Source: Chrysomallon squamiferum (Eukaryota > Animalia > Mollusca). From it: a DNA stretch of 64,000 nucleotides. This document shows, one piece after another, positions 49,482-64,000 of this stretch. Position numbers and translations under genes: made by a program. The DNA is taken from contig CM022671.1 of NCBI GenBank assembly GCA_012295275.1, positions 33,232,001 to 33,296,000 on the forward strand. Reading direction: 5' to 3'. The number at the start of each line of letters is the position of its first letter. Within the stretch, counting starts at the first letter, position 1. The notes beneath the pieces were generated by a model, which saw nothing but the letters and a program-made list of their open reading frames with translations, ran no database searches and was not told the DNA's origin.

Positions 49482-52400
49482 ACAGTGATACAAGTTGTTT
49501 AAAACCACAGAAGTATAAATAAACTCACCATGGAAAATAAAATCTTCTTGTATATATCAGTTAACAAGACAGTTACATTCTCTGCACTTAATAAAAACTT
49601 GTTGAACATGCAATTTTGCACTCAATGGCCCCTAATACTAGACAAACACTGGCTTAACAGTAACCCAATGATTGGCCAATCTGGTGCAAATGACCACCTC
49701 TGATTGGTCAGTGTCTGTCAATTGGAGATTAAATGGCTGTCCACAAGGAGACACACATTGTGACAGTGTGTTTAGATTGATAAGGAAATCTCTGCCACTG
49801 TAAAGTATACAGCCACTGAGCCAATCTTGTCAGCAATCCTGAGTTGGTCAGAGTCTGAGGAATTCACAATACTGTCTCAAACTGCTATCTGATTTGTTTC
49901 ATGTGACAAATAATCTGGCAGTGTGTATATTATAGTACAGCAATTGATCAAACTGCAGTGATAAATAACACAAGAATTATGGAACTTCCAGCTTTCTGTG
50001 TATTTTACATAGTCTAGACTCACTCTGATTATGTCTATAAAAGGTGTTATTAGCAAGGACTTGTGACTTTTCTTTTGTGGTATTAATTAATACTCATGAA
50101 GTTGTCATGCAAATAATATTTAACTGTTTTGTGAAGCTTACAGGTCAAGCTGCTGGCTAAATGGATCTAATCACATAGGCTCTGTGATAATAATTAACAT
50201 ATTTATATCTCAAGGGTTCAGACTGGTCTAGTATCAATACTCAGCAGCTCTGAATGTGGTTACATAAAGGATGAAGAGTACAGGAATTACAGTTATCCAA
50301 GAAAAAAGATTGTATATGCTCAAATAATATCTAAAATCAGTTTGAATTGGCAGCTAAAAAAACCCTTATAAAGTTAAAAGGCATAGCATGTGAACAATAT
50401 TTCACACACTTTTCCATTTTAACAACATATCCTGACTAATTTTTGTTTTAAATAATATCCTGGGTAGATTGGAAAAATAAAAAATTGTGGAAAACCATTT
50501 TGTAAATTTTCAAGGTTCATCAAATCACTTAATCTGCACCCATTAATTTTAAAACCAACCAATGAATGATTTATCTTATCACAAAATACTTATTATCTAA
50601 TATTTATTTTATTTTTTATTTAATTTTGAGACTAATAATTAGTCAATGAACTGTAATATTTTATTATGTCATGTTTACTCATTTTTATATACAGATTTTG
50701 TTTTAAACATCACCTCAAAATTAATTTTTTATTTTGTTTTTCAGTATTTAATTTATTTGTCTGGGCTACTTTGGTGTCATCACCCCTTAATGAAAAAGTC
50801 ATAATGTCATATTAATTTTGTCTAAACTGATCTCATGTTACAAATGTTTTCTGTTATAGAATCAAACAATTAATTAATGCATTTCTGATGCATATTTTAC
50901 CATCTGAACCTTCTATATCACCTGTTAATGAATATATTTTCTTCAGTTAAAATGAAAATATATTATACCATTTGTGACTGTAACTTCATGAAAACTTTTT
51001 CTCTTTTGACAAATACAGATTGGGATAGCTATTTTAGATGTCAGAATATCATAATCTGTTCATCTAAAATGTTGTTCTTCTTTTTACTCAAATATGTATT
51101 TAGTTTTGCCTTTTGGGCCATATCAGTGTCATCAACCCTTAATGAAAAACAAGCAATGTCATTTTCACTGACATTTACTTTTTATTGTTTCACACAAAAC
51201 ATTAAGTCTGTTTCGCTAATTGATCTCATTTATTTTATCCCATTATCTTATTATTTTACAAGTGTTTTCTGCCACCAGATATGCTTGGCCAATGAATATT
51301 CATGTCAAACAACCTTTTACAAAACAAAAAAACCCCACACATTAAAACAGTTTAGGAATTTGTTATGGTTTTACTGTTTAAAACAAAAATTAATGAAGCT
51401 CTGTTTATCCCATTATAATGCCTTGTCAGTTTGGAATTAATGGAAACAACTAGAAATAAACAAAGTTGTCTCAGTTTTAGTGTTCATTTTACTTTCACAA
51501 AATCTTTACTATTATTATTATTATTATTATTAACTATAAATAATAATAAAAATAAAAGCATTCCTAATTTCAGTTAAGGAGACAAGTTTACTATCAAGTA
51601 ATTTAAATAACTGTAGTGAGTTATGATCACTTGCAAATGGTTTGGAACAAAATTAACAAATAACAGGAAGTAATACTTATCTGGCATATGCTACTTACAT
51701 TATTATTATTAGACTCACAGAAGTTCATAAATTCATGTGTGAAGACAAAAGCCTGAACTATTTATATTATCAAACTTTTGTTTAAAGATTTTACTTGATT
51801 CTGACTATACTTCACTGACTATAATGTGAAACCATAAAACAGGTTTTGCTATCAAATAGTCAAAGTAATGTTTATGGTTAAAGAAAGAAAGAAAAAACAA
51901 AACAATGCACTAAAATATGTTTCATCCACTAAAAAGAGAAAACTCAAAGCCTGTCACCATTTATGACAAAATATGATTTAACCAACAAATGTAATAAAAA
52001 ATGTCAAAAAAAAAAAAAAAAAGAGAAGAAAATATTAATAATAAAAAATGAATAAATAAAATAATAAAATAAATACCAAAATATGGAATAAAAAAATAAA
52101 AAAATAAAAAACCATCAGAATATGCTCTGAATCATACTCCTGACAAAAACCCGTGGAGAAAACTCAAAAGATACAAAAGTCTAGTCACCATCTATAAATG
52201 AGCATAGTGCATCATTAATTGGCTGCATACAGTGCCAACATGCAGCCTTCTTATCGGGTGCCATAAAAGCTGCAAATATTAGCATATAAAATCTGCAAAT
52301 TAACTGGGCTTTCAAGTTAAAGATTACCATCCTGCCTTCTGCTCACATAAAGCAATGACTAATTTGACTCCATATATCATTCAGCCAGCCGTATCTGACC

Positions 52401-55400
52401 TAACTGAATGCAGAGTGGACAGTGTCATGAATATGCAACACAGCTTCAAATGCACTACACATGCAATGAATATTTTCTCATTCAGATTTTATGCCATGAT
52501 AATAATAAAAAAAGTTTAAGAGGAAACCTCTTCATCTATGTTTGAAACTGTCAAACTTTTGGAGAAAATTATGGGACTGATTTTTATTATTTTTTCCTTT
52601 TACTTGCCCAATGTTAAAAAAAAAAAAAAAAAAAAAGTTTTTTTTTTGAAGAGCAGCGATTTTCCCCCATGAGAGATTTGTCCTTAAAAGTGGCAGCTAC
52701 CATATTATGATGCATTACTCATGTTACAAATGACCCCTCTCAAGTTTTGGGCCAGCATTTCTGGTTTCTCTGCAAACAGCATGTTAAAGATGATGATCGC
52801 TGTGCAAGCAGTGGGAGTTTTCAAACAACAGTATTTCCAATTGTTCTTGCACAATTACTCGTAAATGTAATTAAAACATTTCACAGACGAGCAATCAAGG
52901 CTTGGTGATTCATCGTCAGTGTCAGTTATTCCAACATGAAGAATGTGTATTTGTAAAAAAAAAAATACCTCCACAATCAGCTAGCTGTAATTACCCCACT
53001 GAAGTGATCAAAATCCTCCACTTGGAACAGAGCACACAAGCATTTTTCTCTTAGCTGGGCATTTTTCAAGATAATTTCCAATTGATGCATTCAGTTAATT
53101 CTGAAGCCAGTTTGAAAAAATGGATACTCCTAATTAATTTTGTCAATGATTGGATGACATGGGTCAAACAGAACACTTTTTGAGTTCAAACCAGCCACAC
53201 AATGACATGGTTTTGTGGTTATGTTAACCAGCACAAACAATTAAATTATTTTACAAGCCCAATTTTTTTAAACTTACTTAAAAGAGACTAACCATTAGTA
53301 CCTCAAACGACAGAAATTTGATAATTAAATTAATTGAAGATTTCAATTCACATTTTATCTCTCAAGATAATTAGGATAATTTTTTCTTCATTATATATTT
53401 GTATTATTATAATTTTAAACTGACATTACTATTTAGTACTTAATTTTTAAACTCAGTATATCTAAGTTATTTCAAGTACAGTTAATACAATATTTTCTGA
53501 ATTAATAAATCTCATTTAAGTACCATGATCATTCTAACAAAACTATATTAACATGCTATAAGCCCAGTAGTAAAATTTAGTACACTTGATAGAACATCTA
53601 TATTTACTGGGACATAACTGAAAAAAAGTATGACAATTTATGAATTCCATCCCAGTCAGACTTGGTGATAATATAAAAATTAAAAAAGACAATGGATTTT
53701 GGATATCAAAATGAAATATATTTACATTTTTTAATTTTTTAATATTGTTTTTGTCATAAAATCTTTATAGTAAAACTTTTAAAATATATCACTAAATTTT
53801 CAAAACATGTTATCAACAATTTGTAATTTACAGAATTGAAAGAAAACATTAAATATATGCCTCTTGCACACAGCTATGGTCTCATAAAGCTGAGTTATGT
53901 ACAAGTCAAAGGAGACTGACAAAAGCTTCCATACCCACAGAAGCCCTTAAGCCAATGACATAAATTGTCACAAGAGTGTTGTTGGACTAAGTCATTACAG
54001 CATAGAGACAGATTTACATGCCTCTAACCTGTGAGGTAATTGAATAATCAAAATAAACTGTTTACAACCACTCATATATCATCTCCTTGTATTGGACAGT
54101 CCAGTACAGTTGTTCCTATGCACACTTTAGTTTACAACCCTATTTTTTTTATTTTTCAGGTTTACTTTCACTGTTTCAGTATATTCTACATAAAAAGATT
54201 TTATTTTAATATTTTAATATTATCCTTTAATTATGTTTTTACTTCTTTTTTCTTCTTCGTCGTCTTCTCTTTTTATTTAAAGATGTGTCTTTACATAGAC
54301 TTTTTCATTCATATAAATATTATACAGTTTTGTTTCATTTACCTTGTGTAGTTACTGGCAGAACACATTTATCAATTTTATCTTTTGATTTTTTTTCATT
54401 CTTTTTCCTGTTGGGTACAGATACAGATGTTTGCCAATACCAGTATAATGAAACTTATTAACAGACAGAAGAATTTTTTTTTTTTAAATGTATGGTATAC
54501 ATAATCAAACATTTCTAACTAAAACTAAAGCTATGTTTGGTCATGTTTGCAAACAAAATTTTCATAAAGTAAAAGTAAACCAGGGCTGGAACACTTATTT
54601 TGTTTCTTCTAAGTATGTCCAATGAGTCAAAAATGATAAGTGCCAGGTATCTGTTAACTGCTGTCTAAAGATGGAACTAGGTTGCTATTGCAAATAGTCA
54701 GGTATACCAATCTATCTATGCCAAACCTTCCTAGATTTAGACATGAATAAAACTTGGGTGAAAATAGATAGAACACTCAATTGTTTCTAACCAGAAAGAT
54801 TTCTTATGCACATAGAATGTACAGAAATGTGAAAAAATATACATATCAGTTACATTCTTTGAATTACAAACACTGCTGATACTGCAGCATAGAAAAGCCT
54901 TATGTAAAAATCATCTGTTTTGTGACTGTTCATTAAAAACTTTTCTAAATTCTGAAATTCTTAAGATAAATAACCCAAGTTCTAAGACCATTTACTATTA
55001 CTGATTATGACAGATGTTTGCCATTTATTATTTTATTTTTAAATGTATCTTAAATGTAAAAGGCATCAAATGGTAGAAAACTCTTTCCTTTTTTTTGTCT
55101 ACAGAAGCATTATAAACATATTTAATAAAGCAAAAGCTGTATTATTTAATGAAGTGGAGTTGTAACAAATAATATATTAAGAATTCTGTTTCTGGAAAAA
55201 ACCCCACAATAAGCTAGCAAGCATTAATTAAGTGGTATAAACACTATCATAAAACAATGTTTCAAGTTATGTAACTTAGCAAGATCAGTGCAATTACTTT
55301 TGATGCCCAGTTCAGGTTGAAGAAACAATAACACATGACTGATTGTTAGAAAACATATGTTCTTGTTATCCACTCAACAAAAGTTGACTTTTTAATTAAT

Positions 55401-58400
55401 TTTTAACAGGAAACACAATTTCAGTAAAAGATACATTAATAAGTGTATTTTGATCAGGCTGTTTATCAGGGCTGAAAGGAATTTGTTTAATGTCATAGTT
55501 AAATTATTCCCAGACAGAAGCAATGTAATTACCAGAATGAAAATATTAGAAAAAAAAAAAGGAAACAGTATATGAACTGTGCATGAAAAAAATCAACACA
55601 AAAGCAATGATTAATAGAAAACTGATGACAAATTTAAGAATGTAAAATAATAAGACCAATCACTGTTGATCTTATTAACAGTTTTGCTGTAAATGAATAT
55701 TGTCACATAGTGTCTTGAAAACAACGTGCATGTCAAATGAAAACATAAGCCAGGGAAAAAAAGAAAAAAAAAGAAATGGTGGAAAAATTATTGGCATAAA
55801 CAGTATGAGAATATTATTATGTCATGTCTTAAAATATGTCATGCAATATATCAAGTTAATTGCTGGCAGTTTTTACATGAACAGAATAGTATATGATGTA
55901 GTCATAGTATACCAATGTAGTCACAGTTTAAAGATCAAACGTATGTGTAGGTATTATCCTTTTTATGTTTGAATTACATAAAATTTTGTCTCTGCTCTGC
56001 TGCATTTTATGTCTCTAAATATACCTCTGCACTTGTCTCGCCTTCATATCTATTTGGACTGAGACTAAACTGTGTGTATACACATAAAACAGTCAGGCTA
56101 CATCCCATTCCAGCTAGTACTCAATCAAATTATATGTTATCATGTTTAACAAATAACAAACACACCAGAATCTTTGCTCCTAAATGGCAACAATTGTTGG
56201 GTTTTGGCTCCACTATTAATAATAATAACAAGAACAAATTTACATAAGTATCAATTTTTAGAACTCTATATAATATTTTTTTCCCTAAAACAAATGCTTT
56301 TAGTTAATAAATTGACATAGAAAACATACTTATCGATTTCTAAATGATGGCCAGCAAAACATATACCAGTGTAGGCCATACAGAAGGCTTACAAATCAAT
56401 GTTGGTCAGTGATGATCTGGAGTAGGTAGTGAGAACCAGTAGTGGACAATGATGGTCAATGAGGACCGAACAAGTATCTGTTTGTAGCTATGTGAATATC
56501 CACTCAGATACCATTCAAGCGAAACTCACAGGTTAAAAAACAAAAAACATCACAAACAGTGGCCTGTCTATCTGGCACACTTGTAATCAAGTAATCTAAA
56601 TCCAAAGCAGCCTGGGGTTGAAAAACTTCCTCCCACTGGTAAAGAAAACACCAGTATTGTGTATATTACACAGAGCCTGTCCACTCCATACCCATCTTCT
56701 AGTAAGCACTGCCTCTGGTCATAACTCGTTAAAGGTGTAAAAACAGAAGGACTAAAACAAATATATTTTAAAGAAAAAAAATTGAGTATGGATGAAACTC
56801 ATGCCAAACTGAGCTGTGTGTGTTTCACACTGTATAAATAAAATAATACATTACTTTAAAAAAAAAAAAAATCAAGTTTAAATGATACTGTTATGATGAT
56901 GACTTGTGGGTGTATCACAGTATATGTAAGAACTGAAGATAAACAAAAAGAAAAATCAACTATTGATAAAAACTGTTGAAACACTGACATGTGAATTTTT
57001 TATAATAAATAAAGAAGAAAAAAGAAAAATGTAAAATGTAAATGAAACTAATGCCACACCTGTTTCTTATGTTTTTCACAGGATTTCTTGTTCAAGACAT
57101 GCCCAGATTAAAATGTAACTAACAGTACAAAACTACTGACATGATGTATATCACTGTAAACATATACAAGCATATTTCACACATTTTACAGCTGGCAGGT
57201 AGCAGACATTTTGTTCATGATAATCAGTGCTGTTTCTTTCATCAAGCAAGTGTTTAACACAAAGCAGTGCCCCTTTTGTTTTACAGTTTTATTTCACAAC
57301 TCAACACACATCATTAACAAATAAAAAGCTATTAGTAAAACAGATTAACATAAAAAGTATTTAAGCTATATGTTTTAGAAAGTTTTCATAATTATTTATT
57401 TATTGTTTTATTTATAGCTTCTGTGACAATTTCTATGTACAAAATATTTTTTTTTAAAACAGTTTAGATACATACATATTTGAATTTTAAAATATTTAAT
57501 TAATTAATCAATTTATTTATTTAATTTTTAGATAACTAAATATATATTTTGGACAATATTATCAATAATAAATAAAGAAATAATAACAGTAATAGTAACT
57601 GAATTACACACACACTTTTTGTTTCTTACAATTTGTAGGTTTTTTTCATTTTATTAATTATTATTTTTTGTTTTTCTCTAAATTCATTTATCAGTTGCTG
57701 CACAAAAATTAATCAACCAAGTCAAAAATTAAATTATTTATTACTGACTTCCTTGTTGATTTTAAACAAATATATTTAATTTTAATTACCTGAGCTTCCT
57801 GTAGAAAACACAGATATTTCACACAACGACCTCCTTTGTTCTAATTATTACCACATGCTGCCTGCCTCATTGTGAGACTACCCAGTCCCTTAAGGATATT
57901 ATTTCACACAATTAACCAACAATATAAACCAAAGGTTTAATTCCCTAGTATTTTAGAACACTATAATCACAGACTTCAAAAAAAAAAATCCTTTTGTCAA
58001 GTGTTTAGACACCTGGGTTTGTTTCTCTAGCTTGATTAACTGGTCAGATTAATCCAGATCTCTGGTTTCACTTTGTGTCTGCTTGTAATATCACACCTGT
58101 AAGCTTTATTGAAATGCAACTTATGTTTTGTGCTTACTTTTATTTTCATACTTTAACTGGTCATCCTTAAATTATTTTAGTTTCCTAGAAATATAAATTA
58201 AGGTTATATATACTGTACAGTGTTTCCAGTACCTTGTGTGTTTATATATCTTAATGTTTTGTCTTTTTAACAAATATTACCAGATACTTTGTAACATTAG
58301 AAATTAGTTATCTTTAGAATAAAAATTAAATAATTATAATAATAATAATATAAAATTTTAAAGGACATGTTACTTACACTCCTGGAAATAATATATTATT

Positions 58401-61400
58401 AAATATGCTAGGTTTCCTGCTACTTCTGTTTTGATAAGAAATAAAACCTACTGTTTTTACTGTATTGATTGTTGTTTAAAATTTTAGTCTGTTAATAATG
58501 TATTATTATATTCTTTTTACAATAATTATATGTGAATAAAAATAAGAAGGAAAAAAAAGAAGAGCTATTGTGTTTACAATAATTTTTTTTATTTTCTTAA
58601 ATTATTTTATTATTATAATGTTCTTTTAAAAATTAAAAATAAATTAAATCATAGTACTGAGATTAAAAACAATTTAGACAGCAAATAAAATTATTTTGAT
58701 TTACTATTAGTTTGAATTGTTTCTAAATGAAAATTAACTTTGTTTAGTTATGTTGTTTAATTAAGTTGATATTTTGCTGCTGTTTACTGATAAATTAATG
58801 AATCTATTTCTGATTAAACTTCAATTATGTTTTTTGTCCTGTTGATTCTTTTAATAGCTGGGATTATCTCTTAGATCAGGATGTGACTGTAATTATGAAC
58901 TGGTCATGAACTGATCATCCCTGACAGTAGCAGCCAGTGGCTTCTTTTATAACTGGTAATTGCATCACAACTATCCTGAATATAAAAGCATCAGAAAACC
59001 AAAAAATTCATTATTCTCTGAAAACACTCATTCACTGATATTACATTACTTAGTTGATAAATATGGAGGTCATCACTAACCACAAAAATTGTTTGAAACT
59101 TGTACATGAGGGCTACATATACACAAGAACAAATCCATCAAGACTGCATTTAGTTGTAATACAATTTTTTACTAATTAGCCATCAGTTATCAAATATACA
59201 TATACAAATATTCATTAATAGTTGAAAAGGAAAAACAAACAAACAAAAAAAAAACAACAGAAAAACAACAACACCAAAAAAAATCCATTAAAATTAAATG
59301 TAGTGCAATGTTTTCTTGCCCATAAGCAAATATTAAAAGTATTTTCTTTATTATTATTTTTATTAATTTTTAGTTATATTTACAAAATATATATTTGAAC
59401 AATCTAAATTCTGTTCATAGAGAAGCTACTAACTTTTTTCCAAGTTTTTCTCAGAAACATACACATGCAAAATGGACCCAATTTTACACATGAATACCAA
59501 GTGAATATAGATCTGTCAGTTTATATTTGGCACAAGTCTTAACAACATATTTTATTAGTTTGAAATTAAATGAGCCAGTATAATCAAAACAATGGCTGGT
59601 ATAGTAGGTTTTAAGTATTTTACCAAATTTACTTTGTAAAACATATACTATAATGTTTAAAATGCATATGTCAAAAACTGTGGAGGTTATTGCAGGGAGA
59701 TCTATGAAGCAGATGTAATCTATCATTGAAAATTCTAGATTTGTGCTCGTCAGATGTATTTTCTTGTTATCTGATATCTGAAATTCTCCTACAATGTCAA
59801 TCAGACCTCAAACAAAAAACAAATGTGGCATAATTTCTGAAAAATTGTAACAAAAAAAAGGAAAAAAGCCTTTTTCCATATCGTGCAATGAAAAATGCAT
59901 AATTTAGTAATTAGACTTTAATTTAGCTCAAGGCTTATCAATGAAAGATTATGTTTTTGAAGATGTCTAACTTTGTAGAAGCTGTTATAAATGCTGTTTA
60001 TTGTAGTTAAGACAAACAATCCCCTCATATAAAGATGAATAGACTTATCATGTGACAAGAAAAATTAACATGTAATTTACAACAAGATATAATGGTTTAT
60101 TATATATTACACAATGGTAACTTTAAGAAGATTAGTATTAAATATGATTTATTTAAAAACAACAAACAAATCTCTGAATATACACAAGTTCCCAAACCAG
60201 TGACATGTATATGCAAAATGTGTGAAGAAATAACTTTAAAAAGATGAAAAATACAAAAATCATTTTAATCCACTGATGGGGACTGAACCAACATCTAAAC
60301 ACATCTCAAGCTCTATTTATCTTTTTACTGTGCATACCATTCCTAAAACAGCTGAGTATGAACTTTAATCTGAATAACATTTGTGTGGGTTTTTTTTTTT
60401 TTTGTTATGCTTTCTTTTTTAAAACCACACCTGTCTGCTCTTTCTGACCTGTTCATAAAAGTTGATCCTTTAATTGGTCAGTTACAGCAATGTCAGATTC
60501 AGCAATTATTGCTCCTCTAGGGTTGGGACCACTTGCAGCAGCCATGCCAATTTAGATGTATCACTTTGCCAGACATGTGCAGACCCACAGATGATGAATA
60601 ATGTAACACAGCTAATAAGGTGCCAGACCTATGATCTGCAGAAGCACCAATTTGTATAGCTAAATAATTCACAGAGCAATCAGGAAATTGCAGAGCATTT
60701 ACACCTTGCATAAACAGACCAGCAATGATGACATTTAAGAAAAAACTCTGTTTTTAAACCATTGTAAAATAATATAGTCTTGCCAAGATATTTTGCACTG
60801 AATTTTAAAACAGATCTTTTGAACTTTCTTTAATTTTAAGAGAATACCAGGAAAATAACATCCATTTTATAATCTTATTTAAAAATGGAGATAAAATTAT
60901 AATACTTTTTTTTGGGGGGGGCAGTTGTTATGTTACATGTTTTGTTTATATCATTGTATCTAAAACTATTGTTCTCTCAAAATATATTAACTGAATGGCT
61001 TAATAAAGAAAATATGAGTTTCATTTAATAATAGTGAAGTACAACATTCCTTAATCTATTCATTCTCAACAAAAAAAAAAAGAAACACTGTCATATCTGT
61101 ACTCAGCCATCAAGGAAACACTGAATGAAAATCAAATTAAATACTGAGAATCGTGTTAGGTAACAACATAAAATAACAGTTAAAAAAATAGAATATAAAA
61201 AAAACATTCAGTGTTTGACAGTTATAGCTCAGCAATTTTTTACTTTTCTTTTTCTTTCCATGGTTTAAAAAAGAAAACAGAAGAATAAGTTTCTTTCTGA
61301 CATCCCTCCCAGTCATTAAGAGAGCTATTTGGCAGGTTGAAAGGAATGCACAGATACATTCGCATTTCATAGCTCATCTCACAGAAGATAGAGTTAGATT

Positions 61401-64000
61401 GTTTTGACTAGTTCCCTGTTTAAATTAGGCAGACCTTTCCAAACAGGCCTCTTCAGATAAAACAGAGAACTGGTCAGTGGTGACCTCCACCATAAAATCA
61501 TAACAGCAGTGCAGCTGAAAACATGTGGCATCCTCTACCATGTCATACCTTTCACAATTTATGTGGTCATGGAAAAAGCCTCCCATGTCAAGATGAGCTT
61601 TACACATTTTGCCAACTAGTTATATATGGCACAGGTGTATTCTTAAGTGTAAGCTCAATACTGCCTGTTTACTGAGAAAGCAAGCCATCAAAATTGTCTT
61701 TTTTTTTTTTTTCACTTTTCTTTTTTAAACTGCCAAGAGGTAAGAGACTGATACAACTTGCTTTCATTTCCTTGTTTCCTGAATGTTGTGTTTTTTCTCA
61801 ACACATGGTTCTGGCTTGGATGCCCCAGCAGGAAATAGCAAATAAGAGTGTCTGAACTCAGAAGGGAGGTAATTACAGAATAAAGTCAGGGAAATATTAA
61901 GCCTGACAAGTAAAAGAGAGAAGGAAAACTGCAGATGTGAAATGATGAGTGGTTGTAGACTTAGAAAAGAAATCAGCAATACTGTTAGGGTTTTGGTTAA
62001 AAATAGATGTGAATAAATGTTACATATAAAAAAATGATAATATTAAAAAGATTGAAAGAAAGAATTAAAATGTTATATATTAAAAACAAATATTCAAAAA
62101 TTATTTGAATCAATGTAGTTCATTGAAGTTTAGCTGTTAGATTTACAAGAACAATCTCCTTCAAAAATGAACTTGTGTTGCAGTCTGTTATTCTACATAC
62201 AATTTTTTATATTATTCCAAGATATTTTGGAATATAAAATTGAAAGTAACCTAAAGAATCTATAGTTAAGCATTTAAACCAGGTATTTTAACAAGTATCA
62301 TGCCAAAGAAAGTAAGAATAAGGTACAGAAAGAAATGGTTCCATAGGTAGCATTAAAGTTTTTGTAACCATTAATATCTGTTTGAAACTGCCATCACTAG
62401 CTGAGATGTCTGAATATATTAATCAAAACAAACTTCTAAAATACAGTACATGTCTGTTTTGGTCACATAACAAGAAATGAAACAGTACAAATATCTTGCA
62501 CCTTCTCTGGTATCGACAGTTAGCAGAGGAATCAATATGGAATGTGACCCTTGTACCAGTGAGCATTGAGGCTAAAAGCTTAACCATTGTTGTACCAAGA
62601 CTCGTTATTTTTTCATGTAACTGTTTTTTTAAAGTCTGGATATCCTAAGATAAATTTTTATAAGCAAAGTCTTTTACCCATTTTTTAAATGACATGACTA
62701 ATAACTAAAGAATAAACATATAATGGTTTATCAGGCATGAATTGGTGGCAACTGGTATTTATCTATATCTGTATGTCAAGTTATTATTTTAAAAGGTTCA
62801 TGCAATTTTGTTCGGATATACATGGAAACAAAAAAAAAAAAAAAATAATAATAAATGTTAGGCAAACAGACTTTTATTTGAAGGAAAATTTTATCGATTT
62901 GGAGTGTGCAATCCAAGAACTATACTATTAACTGACTTGTTTTGATGCCACACCAAATCACACCACTTTCAGAGCACACAGCATTTTCATTTTGCATTGC
63001 AGGCATGCATGTAAGATCCTATGCAGTTGTGTAAAGCTGAAAATCCATTTATTTGTGAAAGTGAGATAAAGTGCAAATATTTCTACTCATTTCCGTTAAT
63101 GGCATCATAATACACAGAGCTTTTTGTGAGATTACAACATAGAACAAGTAGTTTCTGTGTCGACAGGGGTTCGTCTTTGACTCATCCTGTCTTTGAAACT
63201 TTGTATCTTGTAATCAACTTTGATAAGTTCTTTTTCCTTCAGTTTTCTTTAAGGTCAGATTGGGAAACTTTGATATATGAGTAATCCTTTTGAGTTATTT
63301 ATTACGCCCATACATTTTTGCAAATTCTTAACTTTAAATATTTTGTTGCAGGTTTTATTTTATTTTTATTTTGGGTTGAGGAATAAGTCATTGCAGTTAA
63401 ATTAAATTTAATCATTACATAGAAGAAAACTTAAGCTTAATTGATAACAAGATGTAATTTGATCAATAATGTATTCTCCATTGTTATTTACCACTTCTTC
63501 CCAACAGCAAGTTTTTTGATGCCTCTGTAATAAAATTTGAATCAACTATGAACCACAGTGACTTATTCCTCAACCCAATATATTTTTTAATTTACTATTA
63601 TTTTTGAAATATCCAAAATATTTACAAACTTAATTTTCCTGGTTTTATTTTTTCATAAATATCTGTTACAGGTACCTTCTTTTAATAAATTAGGTTCATT
63701 TACTAAATCAAAGAGCAGATTTATCCATATTCCTTTTATAAGAGACACTTTTATTCATTCATTCATTCATTCATTCATTCATTCATTTATATATTAATGT
63801 GTGACAGATGCTGACTGGTTTCTCTGAATCAATGTCTGTTTATTATCTTTCACACAACATTAACTGACAATGATGCTAAAAATAATCCAAGTCAACAATC
63901 AGCTCCTTTACAACAGCTATTTCTTTAAAAAAACAAAATTTTATTTTTTAAATTCCACCATAAGCAAACACTAACTTTTTGAGCAGGTCATAGGCTTTTC

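Noticed and set aside
50928-51440. 170-aa plus-strand ORF in the prickle intron
   Set aside because: F/I/K/L-rich composition typical of AT-rich non-coding DNA, no domain, and it overlaps a decayed duplication.
61425-61607. Cys/His-containing ORF as the missing first prickle exon (also checked TGGAG|GT near 52968)
   Set aside because: No CxxC..GF..HxWR-like motif in the frame matching a phase-2 donor; the other site has an in-frame stop.

Overview
AT-rich, microsatellite-laden animal genomic DNA. A lophotrochozoan, probably a mollusc, is inferred only from repeat fragments and composition. All protein genes are on the minus strand and were reconstructed by hand from GT-AG exons. (1) Two recent tandem paralogues of a secreted AprA/PqaA-family alpha/beta-hydrolase: one complete 14-exon copy (3979-11741, 488 aa) and the first three exons of a second copy running off the left edge. 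(2) A tRNA-Val(CAC) gene on the + strand at 13651-13723. (3) A 7-8-exon gene (14840-18847, possibly to 19399) encoding an ARM-like repeat / TIR / SAM protein. It has SARM1-like parts in a different order and retains the catalytic-position glutamate; this is the most interesting gene here. (4) The last four coding exons of prickle (PET + 3 LIM + CAAX, 24865-41349), with a probable ~4 kb 3' UTR and large CpG-depleted introns filling the rest of the window. Non-coding points include an inverted copy of the AprA exon-10/intron-10 region inserted upstream of the second paralogue, two short locally templated insertions inside (TA)n arrays, a structured GC-rich element next to the tRNA, and candidate regulatory patches in the prickle introns. 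No databases were searched; family assignments rest on motif recognition.
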